NCBI GenBank assembly: GCA_003225315.1
Contig: QHZD01000023.1
Span: 90,347 to 154,346 of the forward strand
Length of the DNA: 64,000 bases
Reading direction: 5' to 3'
Source: Acidobacteriota bacterium
Lineage (GTDB): Bacteria; Acidobacteriota; Terriglobia; Acidiferrales; UBA7541
The translations under genes and the position numbers were made by a program. The notes under the pieces are model-generated. The model saw only the letters and a list, made by a program, of their open reading frames with translations, had not been told where the DNA came from and made no database searches. Of the stretch, positions 54,604-64,000 are shown one piece after another. The number at the start of each line of letters is the position of its first letter. The first letter of the stretch is position 1.

Positions 54604-56106
54604 TCAGGATTCCATCCAGTCAAAGGATCGTGTGACTGCTTTCTTCCATTGCTTATGCAATTGCTCACGTTCCGTTTCGGCAAGATGCGGCTTCCAGGTG
54701 CGATCGACGGCCCAATTGGCTCGCAACTCCTCCAGGCCGGAAAAGAATTTCACAGCCAAGCCGGCAGCATAAGCCGCGCCCAGCGCCGTCGTCTCTTGAA
54801 TCACCGGTCGCACGACTTCACGGTTCAAAATATCCGCCTGAAATTGCATCAACAAATCGTTAGCAACCATGCCCCCATCCACGCGAAGACTGGCGAGGCT
54901 GATATGCGAATCTTTCTCCATCGCCTCGACCACTTCCCGCGTCTGAAATGCCGTGGCCTCCAGCACGGAGCGGGCGATGTGCCCTTTGTTTGCGTAGCGT
55001 GTCAAGCCGGCAACCACGCCGCGCGCATTCTCCTTCCAATAGGGCGCGTACAACCCGGAAAACGCTGGAACGAAGTAGACGCCGCCATTATCATTAACGG
55101 TTCGCGCCAGCGCCTCGACGTCGGAACTCTTCTCAATCATTCCTAGATTGTCGCGAAGCCACTGCACCAGCGCCCCGGCAATCGCAACGCCGCCTTCCAG
55201 TGCGTAGTTTGCAGCCCCATCGCCTAATTTGTACGCGACCGTAGTGAGCAGGCCAAAACTCGAGGGTACCATCCGCTCCCCGGTGTTCATCAGCAGAAAG
55301 CAACCTGTGCCATATGTGTTTTTGACTTCGCCCGGGCGAAAGCACGCTTGGCCGACCAGCGCCGCTTGTTGATCGCCCAGGATTCCAGTGACAGGAACTC
55401 CCCCGATCGCTTTGAGAGTTGCTTCCCCATAGACTTCGCTGCTCGAACGCACCTTCGGCAGTACCGCACGCGGAATGTCAAACGCCGCGAGCAACTTTTC
55501 GTCCCAATCCAGTGTTAACAAATTCAGGAGTTGCGTTCGACTCGCGTTGGTCACGTCTGTCACGTGCACGCCGCCTTGTGGGCCTCCTGTTAAGTTCCAG
55601 AGGAGAAACGTATCGATATTTCCGAACAGCAACTCGCCCGCGGTTGCCTTTTCCCGCGCCTCCGGAACATTTTCGAGCAGCCAGCGCAACTTCAAACTGC
55701 TGAAGTACGTGCTCAGCGGCAATCCCGTCTGGGGCCGGAAACGGTCTTGTCCGCCGTTGCTGGCAAAGCGCCCGACATCTTCCGTAACCCGCGTGTCCTG
55801 CCAAACAATCGCATTGGCAACCGGCTTGCCGGTTTTGCGCTCCCACAGGACCGTGGTTTCCCGCTGATTGGTGATTCCGATCGCGGCCAAATCCGCAGCG
55901 CGCAACCCTCTCTGCTCCAGGGCCGAGGCAATCACTTCTTCCGTGCGCCGCTGAATTTCCAGCGGATCGTGCTCCACCCAGCCCGGCTTCGAAAAGATCT
56001 GTTCGTGCTCTTTTTGCGCCACGGCCGCGATACGCGCCGACTGATCAAAAACCATGAATCGCGTGCTGGTCGTGCCTTGGTCGATTGCTCCAATGTAGTT
56101 TTTCAC
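54604..56106 (-). CDS. glpK: Glycerol kinase
   Basis: IDQGTTSTR; PGWVEHDP; GITNQRET; AIVWQDTR; DVTNASRT; GDQQAAL; KNTYGTGCF; YALEG; [11 protein letters not shown]; LRVDGGM; ETTALGAA. Confidence 0.95.
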   Translation of the reverse strand: MKNYIGAIDQGTTSTRFMVFDQSARIAAVAQKEHEQIFSKPGWVEHDPLEIQRRTEEVIASALEQRGLRAADLAAIGITNQRETTVLWERKTGKPVANAIVWQDTRVTEDVGRFASNGGQDRFRPQTGLPLSTYFSSLKLRWLLENVPEAREKATAGELLFGNIDTFLLWNLTGGPQGGVHVTDVTNASRTQLLNLLTLDWDEKLLAAFDIPRAVLPKVRSSSEVYGEATLKAIGGVPVTGILGDQQAALVGQACFRPGEVKNTYGTGCFLLMNTGERMVPSSFGLLTTVAYKLGDGAANYALEGGVAIAGALVQWLRDNLGMIEKSSDVEALARTVNDNGGVYFVPAFSGLYAPYWKENARGVVAGLTRYANKGHIARSVLEATAFQTREVVEAMEKDSHISLASLRVDGGMVANDLLMQFQADILNREVVRPVIQETTALGAAYAAGLAVKFFSGLEELRANWAVDRTWKPHLAETEREQLHKQWKKAVTRSFDWMES

Positions 56107-56293
56107 CGCGCCGGTCCTCTTTGCAGACGCAGCAGCATACTACGCAATTGCCGCGCCGTGCTTCACGCAAATGGCTCCCATCACCTGTAACAGCAAACGC
56201 CTTGCTCGCGCTCAACCGGGAATCGGCTCCTTATACGTCCGCCGGGCCGATTGTTGCATCTAAGAGTAAGGGGATAGGTAAGAGGAAAAAACA

Positions 56294-57223
56294 ATGATCA
56301 AGAAAATAAAGTCCAACCGTATCGCCGGGATGATCGGGGCATTCGTCGTGGTATCCGGACTATTTGTTACAAATGTCACCGCCGCCGCACCGGGAACCGT
56401 CAGCATGACGGTAACCGCCGTCGGTAAGAAAGACACCAGTCCGCCGCTCGTTACTAAAGACGATGTCCAGCTTTACCTAAACAAAGAGCGCACCCAAATT
56501 GCCGACTGGAAGCACGGCGGAAAACTATATCTAGCCGTTCTAATTGACGATTCGCTGGCCGCGAGCATCGCCAATCAGTGGAACGATCTGAAGGCGTTTC
56601 TCACCAGCCAGCCTGACACCACTTATGTTTCTGTGTCCTATGCGCGCAATGGCACGGCCATGCTCGTCCAGGATTTTACTAATGACCACGAACTTGCGAC
56701 TAAAGCGCTGCGCATCCCGCTCGGCGGCGGGGGGGCGTTCTCAAGCCCCTATCTCACGCTTCTGGACCTGATGAAGCGTTGGCCCGCTTCCGCGGATAGG
56801 CGCTCCATCCTCTTGATCTCTTCCGGCATCGATTATTTTCGCGGCGGTTTTGACTTTAGGAGCCCGGATCTCGATTCCACTATCAGCCGCGCGCAAAAGC
56901 AAAATATCAACGTTTGGACAATCTATGCTCCGGATGCGGGGCACCGTGGGCGCGGATTCTTCATCGCCAACCGAGCGCAATCGAATCTCAGCCAGCTATC
57001 CGACGAAACGGGCGCCGAATCCTTTTACCTTGGTACTGGTGCTCCCGTCACGCTCAAGCCCTATTTTGATGAGCTCTCCACGCATCTCAGCAACCAGTAC
57101 CTTCTGACGTTCAAAGCCAGTGGGAGTGCGAAAGGACGCTTCGAGCGTGTCCGCGTTGCAACCGAGCTGCCTTACGTTGAATTTTTGGTGGCTTCCCAGG
57201 CTTTTTTGCCAGCAGCGAAATGA
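56294..57223 (+). CDS. Secreted acidobacterial VWA-like hypothetical protein
   Basis: Signal peptide; LAVLIDDS; RSILLISSGID; WTIY; LSQLSDETG; L..QYLLTF, a VWFA-like pattern with a degenerate MIDAS. Confidence 0.6.
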   Translation: MIKKIKSNRIAGMIGAFVVVSGLFVTNVTAAAPGTVSMTVTAVGKKDTSPPLVTKDDVQLYLNKERTQIADWKHGGKLYLAVLIDDSLAASIANQWNDLKAFLTSQPDTTYVSVSYARNGTAMLVQDFTNDHELATKALRIPLGGGGAFSSPYLTLLDLMKRWPASADRRSILLISSGIDYFRGGFDFRSPDLDSTISRAQKQNINVWTIYAPDAGHRGRGFFIANRAQSNLSQLSDETGAESFYLGTGAPVTLKPYFDELSTHLSNQYLLTFKASGSAKGRFERVRVATELPYVEFLVASQAFLPAAK

Positions 57224-57250
57224 GCAGTTGAATCAATTCAGCGTAGAAAC

Positions 57251-57285
57251 AAAAGAGAGCGGACCATTCAGTCCGCTCTCTTTTT
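57251..57285. terminator. Bidirectional rho-independent terminator
   Basis: Perfect 14-bp inverted repeat AAAAGAGAGCGGAC-CATTCA-GTCCGCTCTCTTTT between convergent genes. Confidence 0.88.
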
Positions 57286-57355
57286 ATGACTTAGATCGTT
57301 GTCATGCGCAATTCTGCCCGGGCGAAGTGATTTTGACGTTGAAGGGACGTAATCT

Positions 57356-58477
57356 TCAATCGTCAGAACTGCTCAGAACCGCCGCTTGCGTGGAATCGCG
57401 GATCACCAGTTCCGGGTTCATCTTGTGGCGCGAAATGCTCCAGTCGCGTTTCTCGAGCCCGGCGTTGACGCCTTCCATAACGATATTCACGGCCAGATTT
57501 CCCATCGCTTCCAGCGGCTGCCTGACCGTTGTCAATGACGGTGCGGACAACGAAGATAGCGGCACGTCATCAAAACCTACGACTGAACAGTTCTCCGGCA
57601 CTTTCACGCCCGCTTTCGTCAGCGCTCGAATCGCGCCGAGGGCCGTCAAGTCGTCGAAGGCCATCAAAGCCGTGAAGCGTTTTTTTCTCTGCAGCAATTC
57701 TTCGGTGAACCGGTATCCGCCTTCGAAGCCGGAATTGGGGTCGAACGAATCCGGCAGTTGCAGCACCAGTGCCGGATCGATCTCCAGTCCGGCCGAGTGC
57801 GCGAATTTCTGGATGCCTTTCCAGCGCGGTGCACTGTCAATCAACATTTTAGGCCCGCGGATGAACGCGATCTTGCGATGCCCCAAGTGGTGAAGATGCT
57901 CTAGCGCGAGCCGCCCTCCCGCTTCGTTGTCCACCATCACCGAGCTGACGTCGTTGCCGGGCATCTCCCACCCGATGGTCGCCGCCGTGATGTTTCGCTT
58001 GCTGAGGTCCGCGAGCAGTTGGATGTCCACGAAGAGCCAATTGGCTACCACGATCAACGCCTCGACGTGATGCTCCAGCAGCATTTCCAGGTACCGTTCG
58101 AACCGGTTTCTCTGGTTGTGGGCGTCGGCGAAAATCGGGACATACGATGATTGATAAAGCGCGTTCTCGATGCCCCGCAAAACCGGCGTGCAAAAAGGGT
58201 CCGTGATATCGAAGAACATCACTCCGACGCTATGGCTTCGTTTGCTGCGAAGAAAACGTGCCATCGCATTTGGCCGGTAGCCGAGTTTCTTGGCCACTTC
58301 TTCAATTCGTTTTTTTGTGGTTGGTGCGATGTACCGGGCCAACGGCGCATTGTTCAGCACAATGGAAACCGTCGCCGGTGAGAAGCCGCTGGAATTCGCG
58401 ACATCCCGCATCGTGATGGTTTGGTTCTTTCCGCTATGACGTTTCACCAAGACGGGGTTCTCCGATTGCATCATCAT
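57356..58477 (-). CDS. LacI-family transcriptional regulator
   Basis: TMRDVA...SPATVSIVLN; LGYRPNAMARFL; LGHRKIAF; DDLTALGAI; SVVGFDDV; LTTVRQP; LVIRDST. Start about ATG 58477. Confidence 0.93.
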   Translation of the reverse strand: MMMQSENPVLVKRHSGKNQTITMRDVANSSGFSPATVSIVLNNAPLARYIAPTTKKRIEEVAKKLGYRPNAMARFLRSKRSHSVGVMFFDITDPFCTPVLRGIENALYQSSYVPIFADAHNQRNRFERYLEMLLEHHVEALIVVANWLFVDIQLLADLSKRNITAATIGWEMPGNDVSSVMVDNEAGGRLALEHLHHLGHRKIAFIRGPKMLIDSAPRWKGIQKFAHSAGLEIDPALVLQLPDSFDPNSGFEGGYRFTEELLQRKKRFTALMAFDDLTALGAIRALTKAGVKVPENCSVVGFDDVPLSSLSAPSLTTVRQPLEAMGNLAVNIVMEGVNAGLEKRDWSISRHKMNPELVIRDSTQAAVLSSSDD

Positions 58478-58523
58478 CTGTCCTGAGCCACCGATATGCA
58501 AACGCCCTTTCCTCGCCGAGTCG

Positions 58524-59867
58524 TTATTCCACAGGTACTTCAAAAGAGAGCTGTTCCCGGAACCCGCGCGTTTTCCACACTCCGAACGCAATTCCCGCGG
58601 TCATCCAGATGGCCCCGATAATCTGTGCCATGTGATCGAGGCTTAGCCACAGGCCAAAGCAGATTAAGAAACCGAAAATTGGCGGGATCAGATTGCCCAA
58701 TTGCTTTTCCGGATTGCGAACGTAGTAGCGCAGCAAGGCCGCCACGTTCACGCCCATGAACGCGATCAATGCGCCAAAGTTCAAGAGATTCAATCCCCGC
58801 TCGTAGGTGAGGAAAAAGGAGCCGACGAGAGCAATTGCACCTACAAAGAGGACGCTGTTTCGCGGGATGTGATGTTTCGGATCCACGGCACCGAAAAACG
58901 ATTTTGGAAGAGCATTGCTCCGGCCCATTCCGTAGAGTAGCCGTGCAGCTCCAAGCTGCGCACCCAAGCCCGATCCAAAGTTCGCGACAATCAACGTAAT
59001 TCCCACAATCTTAAAAAGTGGCAGCCACGCGCGTGCGGCAACGAAGACATAAGCCGTATCCGGATTTTGAAACGGTTCGGAGACCGGCCAGATCAGTTGC
59101 GCGACATACACTTCCAGTGCTGAGAGCAGGCCGATCACCACGCACGTCAGCACCGTCGCCAGCATGATGTTTCGCCGCGGATTTTCAGCCTCCTCGGAGA
59201 GCGTGGAAATGCCATCGAAGCCTATGTACGTCAGGACGGCAATCGATGTGCAGCCAAAGAGTCGCGCGTAAGTGAATGTTTGCGGATCGTAGAACGGGCG
59301 CGCAAAGAACATGGGGTCGTTATGTGGGTGGCCAAGTATGTAGCGAGCCGCCGCGACGAATACGATTACGATTACAGCGCTCATTGCCGCAGCCATCCCC
59401 GCGTTTACCCGCGCCGACGTCTTAACGCCGCGGATGTTCAGCAGAGTAAAAATACTCGCAAAGAAAATCTGCCATCCCCATACCGGAAGGCCGGGGGCAA
59501 AGTCATGGGCCTGCTGCGCGCACCAGATCGTGCAGATAAGTGGATTGAGCATGTAGTCCATCACCATGCTCCACCCCGTAACGTATCCTGCGGCGGGATG
59601 AATTTCCTGGGCCACATACGTGAAGGCAGAACCAGCACTCGGATAGGCGCGTGCCATGCGTCCGTAGCTGATCCCCGTGAACAGCATGCCCACCATGGCA
59701 ATGAGAATGGCTGTGACCACGTGGCCATGACCGCGATCGCTGAGCGCGCCGAACGAGGACATTGGCGCCACCGGCTGAATCACAATCACGCCGTACAGAA
59801 TCAGGTCCCAGAGCGTCAGAGTGCGCCGCAGACATGGCGCGGAACTCGCCGTGCCTTCCTCGCTCAC
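58524..59867 (-). CDS. APC-family amino acid/polyamine permease (PuuP/PlaP-like)
   Basis: LRRTLTLWDLILYG; YGRMARAYPSAGSAFTY; GWSMVMDY; YIGFDGISTLSEE; RLLYGMGR; NFGALIAF. Confidence 0.88.
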   Translation of the reverse strand: MSEEGTASSAPCLRRTLTLWDLILYGVIVIQPVAPMSSFGALSDRGHGHVVTAILIAMVGMLFTGISYGRMARAYPSAGSAFTYVAQEIHPAAGYVTGWSMVMDYMLNPLICTIWCAQQAHDFAPGLPVWGWQIFFASIFTLLNIRGVKTSARVNAGMAAAMSAVIVIVFVAAARYILGHPHNDPMFFARPFYDPQTFTYARLFGCTSIAVLTYIGFDGISTLSEEAENPRRNIMLATVLTCVVIGLLSALEVYVAQLIWPVSEPFQNPDTAYVFVAARAWLPLFKIVGITLIVANFGSGLGAQLGAARLLYGMGRSNALPKSFFGAVDPKHHIPRNSVLFVGAIALVGSFFLTYERGLNLLNFGALIAFMGVNVAALLRYYVRNPEKQLGNLIPPIFGFLICFGLWLSLDHMAQIIGAIWMTAGIAFGVWKTRGFREQLSFEVPVE

Positions 59868-59942
59868 GCAATTCTCCTTTTCCTGGGGAACTATCGTTCG
59901 AATGCGGCGTCACTGTAACATGCATGTGGCGCAAGCAGACTC

Positions 59943-59998
59943 TTGCAATCGTTTGGCCTGCCTCGCATGTTCATTCGGCCTTATTCAATCGTTTCAAT
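59943..59998. promoter_or_regulatory. Pair of LacI-like operator candidates
   Basis: CAATCGTTT at 59946-59954 and 59986-59994 (exactly 40 bp apart), each CG-centred and pseudo-palindromic, upstream of the permease-LacI genes. Confidence 0.45.
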
Positions 59999-60243
59999 GT
60001 TCAATAGTGTGCGCAATCCAACCGCGCCGCGCAACTGCAAAAGCTTCCTTGTCCGCCCAAACTTCCAACTTGAATTGCGCCTGCGCATTTTGTCCTGTCC
60101 TTTCGTACAGGGCGTAAATTTTCCACAGAACGTTATCTTTTGTCTAACCCCATCCTCGAATCTCGGCAACGGCGAAACCTCCTGCGTAGTCTAATTAAGT
60201 AGACGCTCAGTCGCGAAAACAAAGGAAAGTTGCGAATACCCCT

Positions 60244-61554
60244 ATGGGGGAGGCCCCTCTCACACACCGTCGCAGCAACGCCAAGGTCTTCTTGGCGCAT
60301 GTCAGTGCCTTTCTTTTAGTGGTTCTAGCTGCTTACTGGCTTCGTCGCATTGCTCTTCAGCCGGATGCCATTCTTCAAGGCTACCTGCAGGTCATTGGCG
60401 CTCTTCTTGCCTTTGTTTTCGCCGCTGTTACCCTGGTCCGTTTCCAGGGGACTCAGGACCGCATCTCGCTGATACTCGGCGCTGGATTTCTTCTCTCCGG
60501 TGCTGTACTAACCGCCACCAGCATTCTCTTTTTTCAAATTTTTCCAGAAGCTCCTTTTCGCCTGCTCTGGGCGCCTCTCGCCTGGTGGCTTGGCCGCCTG
60601 GCTCTGGCGCTTCTGCTCGTGGTGGCGCTTCTCGTCGAGCACTTCCTGCCGCGTTCGCGTCATCCACGTCGTGAAATCGCCGGCGCTTTGCTCACTGTAG
60701 TTGCTCTCACTTATGTTGTCTCCGCCGCCCTTCGCCGCCTGCCGCCGGAAGTTTCTCACCATCCCAGTGCCTTTTTCCCGTATCCGGAGCAATTGCTGCC
60801 CGGCGCGATTTTCCTTGTGAGCCTCATCTGGTTCCGTCGCCGCTTGTCCGTCGAGGATTCCTCTTTCGATCGCACGATCTATGCTGCCACCTGGCTGAAT
60901 CTGGCCGCTCAGCTTTCCGCAGCCCAATCCACGCGCTTGCTGGACGCTCCGTTTGTCTTCGCACAGGCGCTCATGGTTTTGGGCTACACCGTCGCGCTGT
61001 GCGGAGCCCTTCTCGACAATGCGCGGCTCTTTGAACAGGTGCGCCATCTTGCCGTGAGTGATCCGCTCACCGGACTCGCTAACTACCGCCGCCTGCTCGA
61101 CGTCCTGGAAGCCGAGACTGACCGCACCGATCGCAACGGTCGGCCGTTCTCTGTTTTGCTGCTTGATCTCGATGGCCTGAAAAAAATCAACGATAACTTT
61201 GGCCATCTCGTCGGCAGCCGCGCCATCTGCCGTCTTGCCGATGCCCTCCGCATCCACTGCCGGGCAGTCGATACCGCCGCGCGATATGGCGGCGACGAAT
61301 TCGCCCTGGTTCTTCCAGAGTCTCAGGAGGACGAAGCGCGTCGTGTCGCCAACCGCATCCGCGAAGTCCTTGCTAGCGACACGGAACAGCCGGTCCTTTC
61401 TGCGAGCATTGGCATTTCCACGTACTGCGGCGACGGCGAGCGCATCGAAAAATTGCTCTCGGAAGCGGACCACGATCTCTATGCGGAAAAGGCTCGCAGG
61501 GTTAGACGAGCCGCCGCTGCGGCTAATCCCCGCCGTCATACCCCGAAATCCTGA
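60244..61554 (+). CDS. Membrane (MASE3-like) diguanylate cyclase
   Basis: About 7 hydrophobic segments, then DPLTGLANYRR, DLDGLKKINDNFGHLVG, RAVD (RxxD I-site) five residues before GGDEF, SASIGIS, ADHDLY. Confidence 0.9.
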   Translation: MGEAPLTHRRSNAKVFLAHVSAFLLVVLAAYWLRRIALQPDAILQGYLQVIGALLAFVFAAVTLVRFQGTQDRISLILGAGFLLSGAVLTATSILFFQIFPEAPFRLLWAPLAWWLGRLALALLLVVALLVEHFLPRSRHPRREIAGALLTVVALTYVVSAALRRLPPEVSHHPSAFFPYPEQLLPGAIFLVSLIWFRRRLSVEDSSFDRTIYAATWLNLAAQLSAAQSTRLLDAPFVFAQALMVLGYTVALCGALLDNARLFEQVRHLAVSDPLTGLANYRRLLDVLEAETDRTDRNGRPFSVLLLDLDGLKKINDNFGHLVGSRAICRLADALRIHCRAVDTAARYGGDEFALVLPESQEDEARRVANRIREVLASDTEQPVLSASIGISTYCGDGERIEKLLSEADHDLYAEKARRVRRAAAAANPRRHTPKS

Positions 61555-61568
61555 ACTGTTCAGGCTGT

Positions 61569-62972
61569 CTATTTGTTCGAATCGCTCGTCGTTGCGTAAG
61601 GCGCTAGTTGTTCGCTAATTTTCGCTTTGTCTCCCACCACCACGATCGTCATTTGCTCCGGCTTGATGTACTGCGCGGTCATGCGCTGCACGTCGGCTGG
61701 CGTGACAGCGTTGACTTTCTGCACGTAGGTTTTCAGGTATCCTTCGCCCAGCCCCTGCAGGTCTACGTAACGAAGCTGTCCGATCAACGCTCCGCGCGTA
61801 GAATTCTGAATCACGAAGAGGCCCGACAGATAACTCTGGATGCCCTGCAATTCCGCCGCGCCTGGCGCTTCTTTCTGCAATCGCTCCACCTCGCCGAAAA
61901 TTTCCTTCAGCGAAGGCCCGGTCGCCGCCGTCGTCACATCCGCCGTTTCCACCCAGTACGCGTCGTGCAAACGCCGCGAAATCTGGCTGCTCGGCGAGTA
62001 TGTGTAGCCCTTCTGCTCGCGGATGTTCGAGGTAATGCGCGACCCAAATGATCCTCCCAGCAAGGTGTTCATCACGCTCAGGGGAATATTGTCCGGGCTG
62101 TTTGCCGGAGGCACTGGCAGTCCCACATAGATCGTCGATTGCGCCGCACCCGGCCGGTCCGTCACGTCCAGCAAGTGCTTTGCCTGTGCCTTCGGCGGCG
62201 CGTTCGCCGCTGGCGCGCCCTTTGCCCAGCCTGCGAAGCTTTCGGCAATCGCCTTCTTCACCGCTGCGCTGTCAAACCGCCCTGCAACATAAAGATGCGC
62301 CCGCGCCGCGACGAAATTTCCTTGATAGAACGCCCTGGCATTCTCGATACTCTGTTTCTGGATGTCCTCAGGCGTGGGCAGAACGCGCCCGTAAGGATGA
62401 TCCGGATAGAGTATCTTGCGGAATCGTTCGTTTGCGATTTGCTGCGGGATCGACCGCGCAATCGTCACCTGCCGCACTGCATCGTTCTTCAGCCGAGCGA
62501 GCTCGGATTCCGGCAGCAGCGGATGTTGTGCAACATCAGCCAGCAGCTTCACCGCCTCCGGACCGAATTCGCTCAGCACGTCTGTCGTGAAGGAACTCTC
62601 ATCCTCGCCAACGCCCACGTTCAAGTCGCCGCCCATCTGCGCGAATTCCTCCGCGAGCTGCTTGGCGCTTCGCGTGGCAGTACCTTCCTTCAGCAAATTT
62701 CCCAGGATCGATGCCACCCCGTATTGTTCCGCCGCCTGGTTCGCGCTTCCGGCTCGCACCACCAGGCTCGCCGTAACTTTTGGAATCGCCCCGTACGGCA
62801 CCAGCGTCACCTGGAATCCGTTCGGCAGGGTGTAACTCTCGTGCGCGGGCAACGTAAATGCCTTCGGCGGACCTCCGGCGGGTGGCGTCTGCTTCTGTGC
62901 AAACGATGGGGCAGCGGCAAGAGTCATCGCCGCGAAAACCAGCAAGAACCTCTGTATGGATGTCCGATTCAT
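61569..62972 (-). CDS. M16 (insulinase-family) peptidase, non-catalytic-type subunit
   Basis: Signal peptide; TLPNGFQV; no HxxEH motif (GVASILGNLL); LGGSFGSRI...REQKGYTYS (R/Y pair); VTPADVQ; IVVVGD. Confidence 0.9.
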   Translation of the reverse strand: MNRTSIQRFLLVFAAMTLAAAPSFAQKQTPPAGGPPKAFTLPAHESYTLPNGFQVTLVPYGAIPKVTASLVVRAGSANQAAEQYGVASILGNLLKEGTATRSAKQLAEEFAQMGGDLNVGVGEDESSFTTDVLSEFGPEAVKLLADVAQHPLLPESELARLKNDAVRQVTIARSIPQQIANERFRKILYPDHPYGRVLPTPEDIQKQSIENARAFYQGNFVAARAHLYVAGRFDSAAVKKAIAESFAGWAKGAPAANAPPKAQAKHLLDVTDRPGAAQSTIYVGLPVPPANSPDNIPLSVMNTLLGGSFGSRITSNIREQKGYTYSPSSQISRRLHDAYWVETADVTTAATGPSLKEIFGEVERLQKEAPGAAELQGIQSYLSGLFVIQNSTRGALIGQLRYVDLQGLGEGYLKTYVQKVNAVTPADVQRMTAQYIKPEQMTIVVVGDKAKISEQLAPYATTSDSNK

Positions 62973-62988
62973 GTTTTCTCCGTTCCTC

Positions 62989-64000
62989 TCACTGGTTCTT
63001 GGCAGGCGCGGCGAGCGCTCCTGCGGGCGTTTGAGCTTGCGGATTCAAAACAATCACCGTTCGATTTCCTGGACGCAGATATTCCTCTGCTGTCTTCTGG
63101 ACGAGTGCCGGAGTGACCTTTCCAAATTCAATCGTCAAACAGCGCAAAGCTCGCCAACAGATCTACAAGTCCGAACCCGCCCTGGCTCCCGATCGTGTCG
63201 TACAAATCCGAACGCAGCTTCACCAGCGCGCGATCCAGCGTCTTTTGGTCTACAGGCTTCATGCGCAGAGGTTCCACGACTCCATCAATCGCCCCCAGGA
63301 TCGCGTCCGGGTTCGTCGATAAGTCATACACGAAGTTGGTGATGAACAGCATCGGCCCGTTGTAGTCGTACGCGTTGCCCAGCAGGTTGATCCCGCCATT
63401 GACGCTGCCCGTCATCCCGCGTTTCTGCACCAGTTCCTGATGCAGCAGGCTGTCGTCGCCTTCGATCAGCATCGAATCGATCGCCGCCATCGCATAGTAT
63501 TCCGGCGTGTTGCGTTCCGGCATGTGGTAACCCACGGCGATCGCCGGCCTCTTCGCCAGCGGATCGGTCTTGGTTATGCGCTTTTCTTTTTCCTGCCGCG
63601 GTTCACTCAAGCCCGGTTGCGGGGGAAGATTTGATGCCTTCAGCGGCCCGAAGTATTTCTCCACAAATTTTTTCGCTTCCGTGGCGTCAAAATCTCCCAC
63701 AATCGCCAGCGCCGCGTTATTCGGCGCATAGTACGTTTTGAAAAACGCCTGCACGTCCGTGAGCGTCGCCGCTTCGATGTCCTTCAGGTCTCCGTAGAAG
63801 TTGTGCGCGTTGTACCAGTTGGTGTTCGCGGCCATCGGCATGTCAATCCACGGGAAGCCACCATATGGACGGTTCAGCACGTTCACTTTCACTTCGTTCC
63901 CGACTACGCCCTGCTGGTTCTTCAAATTGTCTTCATTCACCGCCAGCCCGCCCATGCGGTCTGCTTCGGCCCACAGCGCGGTCTCCAGTTTGTTTGCAGG
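62989..64000 (-). pseudogene. M16 peptidase (catalytic-type partner), 5' end outside the window, frameshifted near the 3' end
   Basis: LETALWAEADRMGGL..NEDNLKNQQGVVGNEVK; FFKTYYAPNNA. Frame stops at TGA 63130-63128 after SFALFDD, while the expected C-terminus EFGKVTPALVQKTAEEYLRPGNRTVI...KNQ* continues in the +1 frame (63129-62989). Confidence 0.8.

Noticed and set aside
57120-57893. 257-aa plus-strand ORF
   Set aside because: Crosses a strong terminator and is antisense to the LacI gene.
60508-61539. 343-aa minus-strand ORF
   Set aside because: Antisense shadow of the GGDEF gene with no recognisable motifs; expected in GC-rich coding DNA.
1-64000. Integrase, transposase, CRISPR-Cas, rRNA or defence systems
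   Set aside because: No supporting motifs found in any long ORF or intergenic region.

Overview
64-kb window that looks like an Acidobacteriota (Terriglobia-like) chromosome; the taxon is inferred from gene content (Oar-like TonB-dependent receptors, multiple CRTAC1/FG-GAP and TPR proteins, an acidobacterial VWA-like protein). Four blocks. (1) 1-19.0 kb: an arabinofuranoside-associated locus with two GH51 enzymes enclosing a TonB-dependent receptor, three CRTAC1 (FG-GAP + ASPIC/UnbV) proteins and two TPR proteins. It carries two LacI-type operators and a duplicated ~65-bp promoter-like block. (2) 19.07-19.29 kb: an orphan 3' fragment of tRNA-Pro(CGG), preceded by tandem 11-bp direct repeats and a possible H-type pseudoknot, with no integrase in the window. 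(3) 19.4-48.2 kb: an AgaR/AgaS galactosamine-tagatose catabolic locus (agaS, agaR, lacD, two PfkB kinases, nagB-like, MFS, second TonB-dependent receptor) plus several uncharacterised glycosidase/esterase-like proteins and candidate AgaR operators. (4) 48.3-64 kb: apparently higher-GC metabolic genes (ALDH16-type dehydrogenase, deoC, ribokinase-family kinase, proline dehydrogenase, glpF, glpK, LacI regulator, APC permease, membrane GGDEF protein, and an M16 peptidase pair whose upstream gene is frameshifted near its 3' end). No CRISPR array, rRNA, intact tRNA, transposase or integrase was seen. All family assignments come from motif recognition by eye; no searches were run.
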